Under the pieces are notes generated by a model that was not told the DNA's origin, searched no databases, and saw only the letters and a program-made list of their open reading frames with translations. DNA of 63,922 nt, the filler included, from Octopus bimaculoides (taxonomy: Eukaryota), in NCBI RefSeq assembly GCF_001194135.2. It is 6 parts of 6 records of this genome, joined end to end, with 100 filler letters (N's around TTAATTAATTAA, not from the genome) between each part and the next. Parts side by side here need not be neighbours in the genome. Positions count along the whole stretch, not along the records: positions 1 to 26,125 come from NC_068987.1; 5 more parts are not named here. One strand, written 5' to 3'. Each line of letters starts with the position of its first letter. Within the stretch, counting starts at the first letter, position 1. Positions 1-11,293 of this stretch are shown here, piece after piece. Made by a program: the position numbers and the translations under genes.

Positions 1-44
1 GAGAAAGTCGAAGGACCGAAAAGTCAAACCCCTACATATATACA

Positions 45-91
<47 letters not shown>

Positions 92-351
92 GTGTATAAG
101 CTCGCGCACGCGCGTACGCACACATACATGAATTTATACTCATACATATAAATATACACACGCATACATACACACACACATATAAATATATACAATATGC
201 ACGCACATGCATATATATAGACACGCATGTAGTCAAAAACGTACATACACACATACACGCATATATACACACACAAGAACTCAAAAGCACACACACACAC
301 ACGCATATATATATATATATATATGTACACAGGTTGAAAAGAAATTCCTGT

Positions 352-438
<87 letters not shown>

Positions 439-499
439 TTGGTGGTCGTAGTAGTAGTAGTAAGTCAGTAAAAAAAGAAGAGGTATGGAGAAAGAAGCC

Positions 500-534
<35 letters not shown>

Positions 535-1259
535 GGGANNNNNNNNNNNNNNNNNNNNNNNNNNNNNNNNNNNNNNNNNNNNNNNNNNNNNNNNNNNNNN
601 NNNNNNNNNNNNNNNNNNNNNNNNNNNNNNNNNNNNNNNNNNNNNNNNNNNNNNNNNNNNNNNNNNNNNNNNNNNNNNNNNNNNNNNNNNNNNNNNNNNN
701 NNNNNNNNNNNNNNNNNNNNNNNNNNNNNNNNNNNNNNNNNNNNNNNNNNNNNNNNNNNNNNNNNNNNNNNNNNNNNNNNNNNNNNNNNNNNNNNNNNNN
801 NNNNNNNNNNNNNNNNNNNNNNNNNNNNNNNNNNNNNNNNNNNNNNNNNNNNNNNNNNNNNNNNNNNNNNNNNNNNNNNNNNNNNNNNNNNNNNNNNNNN
901 NNNNNNNNNNNNNNNNNNNNNNNNNNNNNNNNNNNNNNNNNNNNNNNNNNNNNNNNNNNNNNNNNNNNNNNNNNNNNNNNNNNNNNNNNNNNNNNNNNNN
1001 NNNNNNNNNNNNNNNNNNNNNNNNNNNNNNNNNNNNNNNNNNNNNNNNNNNNNNNNNNNNNNNNNNNNNNNNNNNNNNNNNNNNNNNNNNNNNNNNNNNN
1101 NNNNNNNNNNNNNNNNNNNNNNNNNNNNNNNNNNNNNNNNNNNNNNNNNNNNNNNNNNNNNNNNNNNNNNNNNNNNNNNNNNNNNNNNNNNNNNNNNNNN
1201 NNNNNNNNNNNNNNNNNNNNNNNNNNNNNNNNNNNNNNNNNNNNNNNNNNNNNNNNNNN

Positions 1260-1299
<40 letters not shown>

Positions 1300-1698
1300 T
1301 ATATGAATATACTGTGGTGCCCCGGCATGGCCGAAGTCTGAGTGAAACAGATAAAAGATAGTAGATATACATATATGCATGTATATATGTATATATATAT
1401 ATGTGTGTGTGTATGTATGTATGTATTCATATATATATCTCCAATTGTGCGTGTGTGCAGTTTATCGTATGTAATATCTATTATATTACTAATGCATTCG
1501 CTCAAACATTAATCCTATACATATTAATGTGTGTTGTAAGTGCTAACTGCTGATGTATTACATATAAACTTTATATAAAATAGGCCGTCAGTACTTCTTA
1601 CACGGGTAAAAATGTGTGCAGCACATATCGTTAACGTATCTATTGTATATTATTCGTGTTGTAGCTTTGCAAAAAACATAGAAAACATTACTATATAT

Positions 1699-1735
<37 letters not shown>

Positions 1736-1865
1736 GTCAGGCTCGAAGTGATCCAGAAGACAGCATTGTTGGGTACAGCTTGCATTCTAAGGAGAGTATT
1801 GTCTCTTTGAGTCACAGAAGTAGGCACTACTTGACACCTTTGGTGATTTTTTGTTGCCTGCTTTC
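1736..1865 (+). mobile_element. 5'-truncated R4/Dong-like non-LTR retrotransposon 3' end in (TAA)n
   Basis: 1736-1810 translates VRLEVIQKTALLGTACILRRVLSL*, the QK.ALLGTA.ILR.VL C-terminal motif of R4/Dong/Rex6 elements. It has a ~55-nt 3' UTR and (AAT)n on both sides. Confidence 0.75.
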
Positions 1866-1876
1866 TAATAATAATC

Positions 1877-2330
1877 TTTTCTATTATAGGCACAAGCCCT
1901 GGAATTTGGTGGGAGGGGGCTAGTCGATTACATCGACCCAGTGCGAAAAGATGAAAGGCAAAGTGGACCTCTAATAATGATAATAATAATGGTTTCAAAT
2001 TTCGGTACAGGGCCAGCAATTTTAGGGGGAGGGGTAAATAGATTACATCGACCGCAGTATTCAACTGGTACTCGTTTTATTGACCCCGAAGGGATGAAAA
2101 GGCAAAGTCGACCTTGGCGGAATTTGAACACCGAACGTGAAGTCGGACGAAATGCCGCTAAGCATTTTGTCCGGAGTGCTAACCGTTCTGCCACCTTTCT
2201 ACTATAGGTACAAGGTCTGAAACTTTGAGGTAGGGAGCTAGTCGATTATATCAACCCCTGTGCTCAACTGGTTCCCAAATTTTATTGACCCCAAAAGGAT
2301 GGAAAGCAAAATTGACTCCAATACATTTGG
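1877..2330 (-). mobile_element. Cluster of three SINE-A copies/fragments (tRNA-headed SINE, (ATT)n tail)
   Basis: Repeated reverse-complement of GCCTTTCATCCTTTCGGGGTCGATAAA..AAGTACCAG..GGGGTCGAT..TCGACT..GGCCTTGTGCC; same family as 15972-16386, 21186-21510 and 39598-40490. Confidence 0.8.
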
Positions 2331-2400
2331 AGTTATCTCTCTTTGCGTGACGCGAAATATATAATACACAATGGTACTTACTATAAAAGTCCTCTATCTA

Positions 2401-2431
<31 letters not shown>

Positions 2432-2623
2432 ATTCATTCCTTCTCTTCTCTCTGTGCTGATGGCCAAGGTTGATCATTTGACCACTGAAGGGAGCAACTC
2501 GTTAAATATGCAATTAGCTCGCGAGGACAGGTAGGACATGGAGATCGACAACAATCATAAAATAAGCCGGCAACGACACGCTTGCGGTTTCGTCTAGCAG
2601 TGACTCAAAAACAGGCGAATGGG

Positions 2624-2662
<39 letters not shown>

Positions 2663-2843
2663 CACACACACACATACATAGAGGATTATTTACTATGAAA
2701 TAGCAGCGTGAAATCAATATCCACAACGCAAAGATTATTTGCATACACGCTTTTGTACCTATATATCTATAAACAATATACATAGATTCACACATACACA
2801 AAGGCACGCGCATACACCCAGATCTTTACATGCATACATAGAT

Positions 2844-2896
<53 letters not shown>

Positions 2897-3251
2897 GTAC
2901 TGTCACATAGATTATCTTTGCAATTTGAAGACGAAACATCCCTCTGAGAGTGTTTAAAGAAACAGAAATCAATGGAGATATCTCCAATAATATTAGTTTA
3001 ACCAAGTTTTTGCAAATAAACACAATTAGGAGTGTATGTTGTCTTTAGAGTCAACCCACGCTCAAAGGCAGTCCAGCTGTGACCATCGCATCCGTTTAGT
3101 AAACATATAAGATTACAGTATCTACTATGTTTTCTTGAAGACATTGGGCGTTTTATTTGACTGAAATTAGGCTACTACCTCCAGCAAGTCGAGCGATCAC
3201 AGACATTCTCCCAGCTGGCTCGATATGTGTATGTATATAGTGATATATGTG

Positions 3252-3475
3252 CGACGAGGGTCCCAGCTGATACGATCATCGGAACAGCTTGCTCGTGAAA
3301 TTAACGTGCAAGTGGCTGAGCGCTCCACAGACACGTGTACCCTTAACGTAGTTTTCAGGGAGATTCAGCGTGACACAGAGTGTGACAAGGTTGGCCCCCT
3401 TTGAAATATAGGTCCTACTCATTTTTGCCAGCTAAGTGGACTGGAGCCACGTGAAATAAAGTGTCTTGCTCAAGG
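3252..3475 (-). mobile_element. SINE-C body and tail (5'-truncated)
   Basis: Reverse complement reads CCTTGAGCAAGACACTTTATTTCACG..CCAGTCCACTTAGCTGGCAAAAATGAGTAGG..ACCCTCGTCG, continuing the head at 3497-3597. Confidence 0.75.
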
Positions 3476-3496
3476 TGTGTGAAGGTGCGTGGGTGT

Positions 3497-3597
3497 GAAG
3501 GCGCGTGGTTTAGTGGTTAGAGCATTCCGCTCACGACCGTATGGTCGTGAGTTCAATTCCCGGCAACGCGTTGTGTCCTTGAGCAAAACACTTTATA
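3497..3597 (+). mobile_element. SINE-C tRNA-derived head (3'-truncated)
   Basis: Pol III A box (TGGTTTAGTGG) and B box (GAGTTCAATTCC), followed by the CORE/V-like TTGTGTCCTTGAGCAAAACACTT. Confidence 0.8.
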
Positions 3598-3876
3598 TCA
3601 TATATATATAGAGAGAGAGAGATTAAGAGAATGAGAGTCGTTTTGTATGTACGCGCGTACACACTTATATGTATCCCCGTTGTTTTAAAAGTACTCAATC
3701 CAACAGAAGGGTGCAATAGCTTATTTAGGTTGTTCATATAACCATTTAGAGTCTGAGATTTCTGGGACCTCTGCTCAGATTCTCGGATAAAAACAGACTG
3801 GTTCGAGACTATTCATTAAAATCCGTTCTTCAAAACAGAATCGTGGCCCTGGTAATTAAGTACCAGTGGCGTACTT

Positions 3877-4230
3877 TCTCTTTTATTCCTTTTAGTCATT
3901 GGACTGCGACCAAGCTGGGGCTTCACCTTGAAGGGTTTAGTCGAAGAGACCGACTCTGGTACTTATTTCTGTAATTTGGTTCTAATTCTATTGGTTGCTT
4001 TTGCTGAACCGTTAAGTTAAGGAGACGTAATCGAACTAACACCGGTTGTCGAGCGGTGGTTTGAACACATACATACACAAATACACCAGGCTTCCACACA
4101 GATTGCGTTTACCAAATTCAATAACAAGGCATTGGTCGATTCGGGCTGTAGAAGAAAAACCACTTGCCCAAGGTGCTGCGCAGTGGAACTGAACCCAAAA
4201 CCACGTGGTTGTATATCAAGCTTCATACAC
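3877..4230 (-). mobile_element. SINE-B, near full length, diverged
   Basis: Reverse complement contains the head (CACCTTGGGCAAGTGG), an internal (TG)n and the tail (GCCCCAGCTTGGTCGCAGTCCAATGACT). Confidence 0.75.
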
Positions 4231-4307
4231 TTATATATAAGTGTGTATACAAATGTATACATCATATGTATTAAATGTACACACCTTCACAAAAGAAATT
4301 TAGAAGC

Positions 4308-4460
4308 TAGGCGCAGGGGTGGCTGTGTGGTAAGTAGCTTGCTTACCAACCACATGGTACCGGGGTCAGTCCCACTACGTGGCACCTTGGGCAAGTGCCT
4401 TCTACTATAGCCTCGGAGTGAGTGGATTTGGTAGACGGAAACAGAAAGAAGCTCGTCGTG
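4308..4460 (+). mobile_element. SINE-B head
   Basis: GGCGCAGGGGTGGCTGTGTGGTAAG (A box), GGGGTCAGTCCC (B-box-like), GGCACCTTGGGCAAGTG (CORE-like), running into (TG)n and a gap. Confidence 0.85.
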
Positions 4461-5300
4461 TGTGTGTGTGTGTGTGNNNNNNNNNNNNNNNNNNNNNNNN
4501 NNNNNNNNNNNNNNNNNNNNNNNNNNNNNNNNNNNNNNNNNNNNNNNNNNNNNNNNNNNNNNNNNNNNNNNNNNNNNNNNNNNNNNNNNNNNNNNNNNNN
4601 NNNNNNNNNNNNNNNNNNNNNNNNNNNNNNNNNNNNNNNNNNNNNNNNNNNNNNNNNNNNNNNNNNNNNNNNNNNNNNNNNNNNNNNNNNNNNNNNNNNN
4701 NNNNNNNNNNNNNNNNNNNNNNNNNNNNNNNNNNNNNNNNNNNNNNNNNNNNNNNNNNNNNNNNNNNNNNNNNNNNNNNNNNNNNNNNNNNNNNNNNNNN
4801 NNNNNNNNNNNNNNNNNNNNNNNNNNNNNNNNNNNNNNNNNNNNNNNNNNNNNNNNNNNNNNNNNNNNNNNNNNNNNNNNNNNNNNNNNNNNNNNNNNNN
4901 NNNNNNNNNNNNNNNNNNNNNNNNNNNNNNNNNNNNNNNNNNNNNNNNNNNNNNNNNNNNNNNNNNNNNNNNNNNNNNNNNNNNNNNNNNNNNNNNNNNN
5001 NNNNNNNNNNNNNNNNNNNNNNNNNNNNNNNNNNNNNNNNNNNNNNNNNNNNNNNNNNNNNNNNNNNNNNNNNNNNNNNNNNNNNNNNNNNNNNNNNNNN
5101 NNNNNNNNNNNNNNNNNNNNNNNNNNNNNNNNNNNNNNNNNNNNNNNNNNNNNNNNNNNNNNNNNNNNNNNNNNNNNNNNNNNNNNNNNNNNNNNNNNNN
5201 NNNNNNNNNNNNNNNNNNNNNNAGAGAGAGAGAGAGGACCAGACAGACAGACAGAAACAGACAGACAGACAGAAACAGACAGAAACAGACAGACAGACAC

Positions 5301-5352
<52 letters not shown>

Positions 5353-5727
5353 GTCACATGTCACTGACCCTGGTGAGTTTGTGTGGTGGTGGACGGGAGT
5401 GTTTATAAGGCACCGTCACGCAAGCATAGTCGAACGGTCAAGAAGTTCGCTTGGCAATTAATCACGAGCTCCCAAGTTTGGTTCCTTGGGTGTGTGTCGC
5501 TTTCCAAAATACTTTGTCCTCTAAAAACTTGTAAATGAAAGTGGGTAAACTAAAATTATCTGAAGCGGGGTGGGTGCACCCGTCAGATAGATTGCACCTG
5601 CAGTTCTATCCTCCACCCCATCGCTGCCCCACCCAGCCCTGTCACATACAATGCCCTGCTGAGTATACCTGCGGATTACGTTATGAGTACAAGTGCCAGT
5701 GAAATACTCCTCTATTTTAAGAGACAT

Positions 5728-5950
5728 AATTAACCAAAGCATTTTCATCAGTTTGTCCTAATTAACCAAAGCATTTTTATCAGCTTGTCCTAATTAATCA
5801 ACGCATTTTCATCAGTTTGTCCTAATTAACCAAAGAATTTTCATCAGCTTGTCTTAATTAACCAAAGCATTGTCATCAGCTTGTCCTAATCAACCAACGC
5901 ATTTCATTAGTTTGTCCTAATTAACCAAAGCATTTTCATTAGTTTGTCCT
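5728..5950. repeat. 32-bp minisatellite, 7 copies
   Basis: Unit AATTAACCAAAGCATTTTCATCAGTTTGTCCT starts at 5728, 5760, 5792, 5824, 5856, 5888 (31 bp) and 5919. Confidence 0.95.
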
Positions 5951-6191
5951 AAATGTCCATGCGTGTTTTCAGACTTTTAGTTAGCCCTCATTTCTGAGTG
6001 ATATAAAGTTTTCTTATCATAAGTTGCAAGTTACTCTGGCGGTTAAAAAATGAGATTGTGTATCATATGTGATACATAGGACAAGCAAAGAGGTAAGACG
6101 ATAGGAAAATTTTGATTGGGCAATTGGAATACCCATTGTTGACAAGCAACATGTATTATAATTTCATCCACATTTAAGATGTGTAGAAATG

Positions 6192-6333
6192 CTGTTTTTC
6201 CTCAGTTCTGTCACTCGTTATCAACGTTCGCCACCACACCGAACTACTCTTCAAATCAGAGCCTTCACTCTTAATCCACCCACATTGTGTCATCCGTCGT
6301 GTATTAATCATACAATATTCAGTACTTCATAAC
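6192..6333 (+). repeat. ~140-bp direct repeat, copy 1 (copy 2 at 7414-7553)
   Basis: TTCCTCAGTTCTGTCACT(C/A)GTTATCAACGTTCGCCACCACA..CAATATTCAGTACTTCA, about 90% identical by eye between the two copies. Confidence 0.9.
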
Positions 6334-7413
6334 GTGTAGTGCATACGCAGCATTAATCTATTCAGTTTTAATTCATTTTATGTCTTGGCTTTGAATATTA
6401 TAGCCTTCATCCTATGTATATCTATATACAAATAGTCCAATACAAGGAGGAAGTTTCTAAATTCATTTACGAATCTATATCTAAACGTAAAAATGCATAT
6501 TTGTAAATGTATGTCTTTAAACAGTTGACTGAAAAAACTAAAAAACGAACATCTACAAACTACAAAAAAACAAACTTTATCGTTCACCATTTTGCACTGA
6601 AGGTTTCTGCGACATTTTTTTTTTCAAAGTATACATCCCCAATGTGGTCGAATTACATTGTGTACTACTCGTAACCATTTACTGTGTATGAATATCTTAC
6701 AAGTTATTGTGTCATCAAAATATCTACCCTGCTTTTAACAGTCGCAAAATTCTGCCGCTAGCACTGCAGACATATCTAAACGCGTATATCAAGATACATA
6801 TTGCATGTGTCTACATATACATATGTATCTATACCTACAACCTGCTTTTTTCTCTCGTATACATTTTCTACCTCTCTGTCTCTCACAGACACACACTCTA
6901 CTCACATGAAGACACTCTTATGCATATACGTACTTTCTTACATGTGTACTCTGACTCTCACACGCATACCTTGAGTGGTAGACTTAATCCATCACCCGGT
7001 TTAATACCACCATTTGGATGCCTTTAGCAGAGGCCACTCTGTTGCAAGCATTCAGGCCAATTCTTTACCCTGAGGATAAACCCCTTCCTTTAACGTCTTG
7101 GAGGCACTGCAAAACGCCGAGGACCTTGTCCGCCTTCCACTGATTAACCCATATGAAAGAAACAAATGTTATGATTCATTCTCTCACATATACACAAACA
7201 CACTTCCTCTCGCCTTTCATTCACATGACCACATTTTCATACGATGTCTCATGCACAGCATTCTTACACAAATACTCTAAAGTTTACGAATTATCTCACA
7301 CATACTCACATACTAATTTTCCCATACACACATCTACACACTATCTGTTATATTTATATTCACACATGATATACAATCCCTCTTCTACAGGTGCAAAATC
7401 TAACAAACTCATT

Positions 7414-7553
7414 CTGTCTTTCCTCAGTTCTGTCACTAGTTATCAACGTTCGCCACCACAACGAACTACTCTTCAAATCAAAGCCTTCTCTCTTAATCCA
7501 CTCACATTGTGTCATCCGTCGTGTATTATCATACAATATTCAGTACTTCACAA
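7414..7553 (+). repeat. ~140-bp direct repeat, copy 2
   Basis: Aligns to 6192-6333, 1.22 kb upstream. Confidence 0.9.
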
Positions 7554-8389
7554 CTTATATTTCCAAATTCATGCCATTTCCTCTTTTGAGTTATTTTCTT
7601 TTGGTAGTTAGCTAAAAATTATTCGTATTTTTTTCACAATATTTGTCATCAGAGCAGAGTGTGTATACTATGCTAATAAGGTCTAATAGACAGAAATTTG
7701 TCGAAAGTTATTCCCCCTGCCTGCAAACAAAGACCATGATTTCCTTTTGAGAGGTCACTAATAGTTGCTTTTAGGTTTTTAGCATCCTTTTTCAAAGAAG
7801 AAACTTTCAATTCAAGGTTAATTTTTTCGTACATTATATATATATATATATCTATCACTCTTTAATTCATTCATCCAAAGATATGTGGTAGATCCGCTTG
7901 AGTAAATTTCTCCGAACTCAATATTTTTTTTTTTTAATTTTGCTTTGCTTTTTTATCGTAACGCACAGGATTCGAACTTTCAGTTTATACACTCGTACTC
8001 CAGTGTCTGTGCTGTCGTCTGTGCTGTCGTCTGCGCTGTTATTTAACCGCGAACCAGCCACCAATCCACCATAATGATCAGTAGCTATCAAGCCCTGACA
8101 ATCACGTTGCTTGTCGAACATAATGTACCCCGATTTCATTATCGAATGTTTTTTTTAAGTCGGTAGGGTTAGGGTTAGGGTTAAAGGAAAATTCCTTTCT
8201 TTTTTCTTTCTTTCTTTTTTTCTTCTTTTTTTTTGTTTCTGTTGGTTTGGGTACGTTTTACGTGTACATGGTGAGAACAGTGAATAAGTTATACACTTTT
8301 CACATGTTCGTTTGTTATTCATCAGTTTTCTTTATCAGCCACATTAAAATAGGAACTGAATGCATACAGAGGAGACCTAAACCTAATTC

Positions 8390-8937
8390 ATACACATACA
8401 TACCTACATACATACATACATACATACATACATACATACATACATACATACACACATACATACACACATACACATACATATCTAGATACACACATACAAA
8501 CACACAAACGTATTTACATGCATACATACATACATACATACATACATGCATACACATATACATGCACACATACCTACATACATGCATACATACACACATA
8601 CATACAAACATACATACATACATGCATGCATACATACATACATACATGCATGCATACATGATACACACACATACATACATACATGCATACACACATACAT
8701 ACATGCATACATAGATGCATACATACATACATAACTACATACATACATACATACATACATACATACACACATACGTACTTACATACATACACACGCATAC
8801 ACATACATACATACACACCTACATACATACATGCATACATACATACATACATAAACACATACGTACTTGCGTACATACACACACACATGCATACATACAC
8901 ACACACATACATACATGCATACATACATACACACATG
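8390..8937. repeat. Compound (CATA)n/(CA)n microsatellite array
   Basis: Direct inspection; this array is the source of the HTYI/MYVC pseudo-ORFs. Confidence 0.95.
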
Positions 8938-9088
8938 ACGGGCTTCCATACAGTTTCCGATTAGTAAACTCCACTCACACGGATTAGTCGGCCCGGGGGC
9001 CATAGTAGAAGTCCTTTACAGCAGGGTGGAACTCAACCCAAAACCACGTCGTTTCAAAGCGAACTTCTATACCATACAGCCACACCTG
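8938..9088 (-). mobile_element. SINE-B head, diverged
   Basis: Reverse complement CAGGTGTGGCTGTATGGTATAGAAGTTCGC..GGGTTGAGTTCCACC..GAAGCCCGTC, then the microsatellite. Confidence 0.7.
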
Positions 9089-9553
9089 TTAAACCTTTAG
9101 GTAGCCGCCACTACAAACTGGTGGAACATATCTATGGTTTTTAGACCGCCCCAAAAAGTATTATATGTTGTCCAGAAACATTATATAGCTTCAAAGAAGC
9201 TATTAGTTTGTAATCGCAATGAATTCCAGCCAGAGAATCTGCATACGGTCATTAGTTGAATCCGGTCAGATGAAACGATGGTATGGTGTAAAGCTCTGGT
9301 TTTTCTCACCTCGATTCTATAAAGGTTAATCGGGAGCGTGTGTATTATAATATTATACACACACACGAAGCGCAGCTAACAGTGGAAAGGTGAGGGATAG
9401 AAATATAAGGGTGATGAATATTAAGGTGCGACAGAATTGCCACCAAAAAGAGGAAGGAGGAGGAGAAAGGGAAATTAAGAAAGGGGGAGGAAGGAGTTAT
9501 ACAGAGAGACTTTCTCTGAGTGTGTGTGTATGTTTGTGGGTGAACAGAATGAC

Positions 9554-9589
<36 letters not shown>

Positions 9590-10559
9590 TATATATATAN
9601 NNNNNNNNNNNNNNNNNNNNNNNNNNNNNNNNNNNNNNNNNNNNNNNNNNNNNNNNNNNNNNNNNNNNNNNNNNNNNNNNNNNNNNNNNNNNNNNNNNNN
9701 NNNNNNNNNNNNNNNNNNNNNNNNNNNNNNNNNNNNNNNNNNNNNNNNNNNNNNNNNNNNNNNNNNNNNNNNNNNNNNNNNNNNNNNNNNNNNNNNNNNN
9801 NNNNNNNNNNNNNNNNNNNNNNNNNNNNNNNNNNNNNNNNNNNNNNNNNNNNNNNNNNNNNNNNNNNNNNNNNNNNNNNNNNNNNNNNNNNNNNNNNNNN
9901 NNNNNNNNNNNNNNNNNNNNNNNNNNNNNNNNNNNNNNNNNNNNNNNNNNNNNNNNNNNNNNNNNNNNNNNNNNNNNNNNNNNNNNNNNNNNNNNNNNNN
10001 NNNNNNNNNNNNNNNNNNNNNNNNNNNNNNNNNNNNNNNNNNNNNNNNNNNNNNNNNNNNNNNNNNNNNNNNNNNNNNNNNNNNNNNNNNNNNNNNNNNN
10101 NATATAATATTAGGGTTATATCTGAATTTGTGGTGAAAAAATCTTTTGGAGGGCTAGAAACGAGTTTTTTTTTTTTTTTCAGTTCAAATTCCGATATAAT
10201 CGTAATCTACGCCATTTGAAATGTATTTGTTGAAAATTTCATTTTAAAATATCCATGTTTCAGAAAGTCATGAGGAAACAAAGTCATAGGAATGCACGCA
10301 TCTGTAGTTGCGAGAAAAAAATTTGCAGATATAGAGATGTGTGCATATTAGTGTAAGAAAAGGGAAACAAGCGTGTGCGTGCGCGCGCGTGCGATGTACA
10401 CCAAAATTTTAGGGTGTCTATAAATTCGATCAAGCCTGTAACATATGTAAATCCAAAAAGGTTTCAGAGTCGAATCCAGAGACCCTGCAAGGGTGGCTAA
10501 CACAAACACCACCAATATGTGACACAACAGACTATATAGAAGGTCGGACTAATGAGGAT

Positions 10560-10630
10560 GCGAGCCCCCTACGTGGTCAATCGGCCAGTTAGAAATAGCA
10601 GCCAAATTATAATCATAATTTCCATCTTAA
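10560..10630 (+). repeat. Dispersed repeat fragment, family D (also ~12243-12310 and ~49515-49580)
   Basis: Shared motif GTGGTC..TCG....TTAGAAATAGCAGCCAAAT in three places; probably a SINE internal segment. Confidence 0.55.
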
Positions 10631-11248
10631 AGGCACATCCGAAGAAAAAAGATGGGTTGGTCACACCTGGAAAGTATCTGATAATCGATTTAATAAGAAC
10701 TGAAGACTGACTTGAAGCTGAACCATGACTATGGATAATCTCATTTAATACCTGAGAGTTCTTGCTTAATCTCTCATAACTTTGTATAAAATAGAAATTT
10801 CGATTTAAAATAGTTAAAAAGAGAGGAAGAAAGATTTACAGACAAAAATATTTATATTCTTCGTGGCCACTAAAATAAAACTCTATTTTTTTAAAATAAT
10901 ATTGTAAGGGGAGAGTCCAGACACAACAGAATATGCTTCAACACACGAACTCACATAAAAAAATCTTGCAAACCAAATCCAAAAACATTGTCAGGGTTTT
11001 TCACCTTCCTCATTCCTTATCGCTAAGTGTAGACAATTAGTGGTTCCTAAACTGACCGAGTCTGTGTTCTGAATTTGAGTACCATTTCTTTTTAGTTAAA
11101 GACATGTATTGAGAAATGTGTGGATCTTACTTCAACATCAGTTTCTTTCTAGAAATGAGGCTTAGGTCTGCACGAAATTGATACTTCCCACGATTCAAAA
11201 ATTACGTGAACCAAATTAAAAAGTTTGCATTTGGAATGTGTGTGTGTA

Positions 11249-11293
<45 letters not shown>

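Noticed and set aside
3497-3570. tRNA genes (also 18830-18909 and the SINE-A/B heads)
   Set aside because: A and B boxes are present, but there is no complete cloverleaf or acceptor stem, and each continues into SINE body sequence.
5728-5950. CRISPR-like array (also 18535-18626 and 19697-19803)
   Set aside because: The repeats are contiguous with no unique spacers, there are no cas genes, and the context is eukaryotic.
7673-7858. Coiled-coil-like ORF KINLELKVSSLKKDAKNLK
   Set aside because: It starts in (TA)n, has no splice signals I could support, and no recognisable family.
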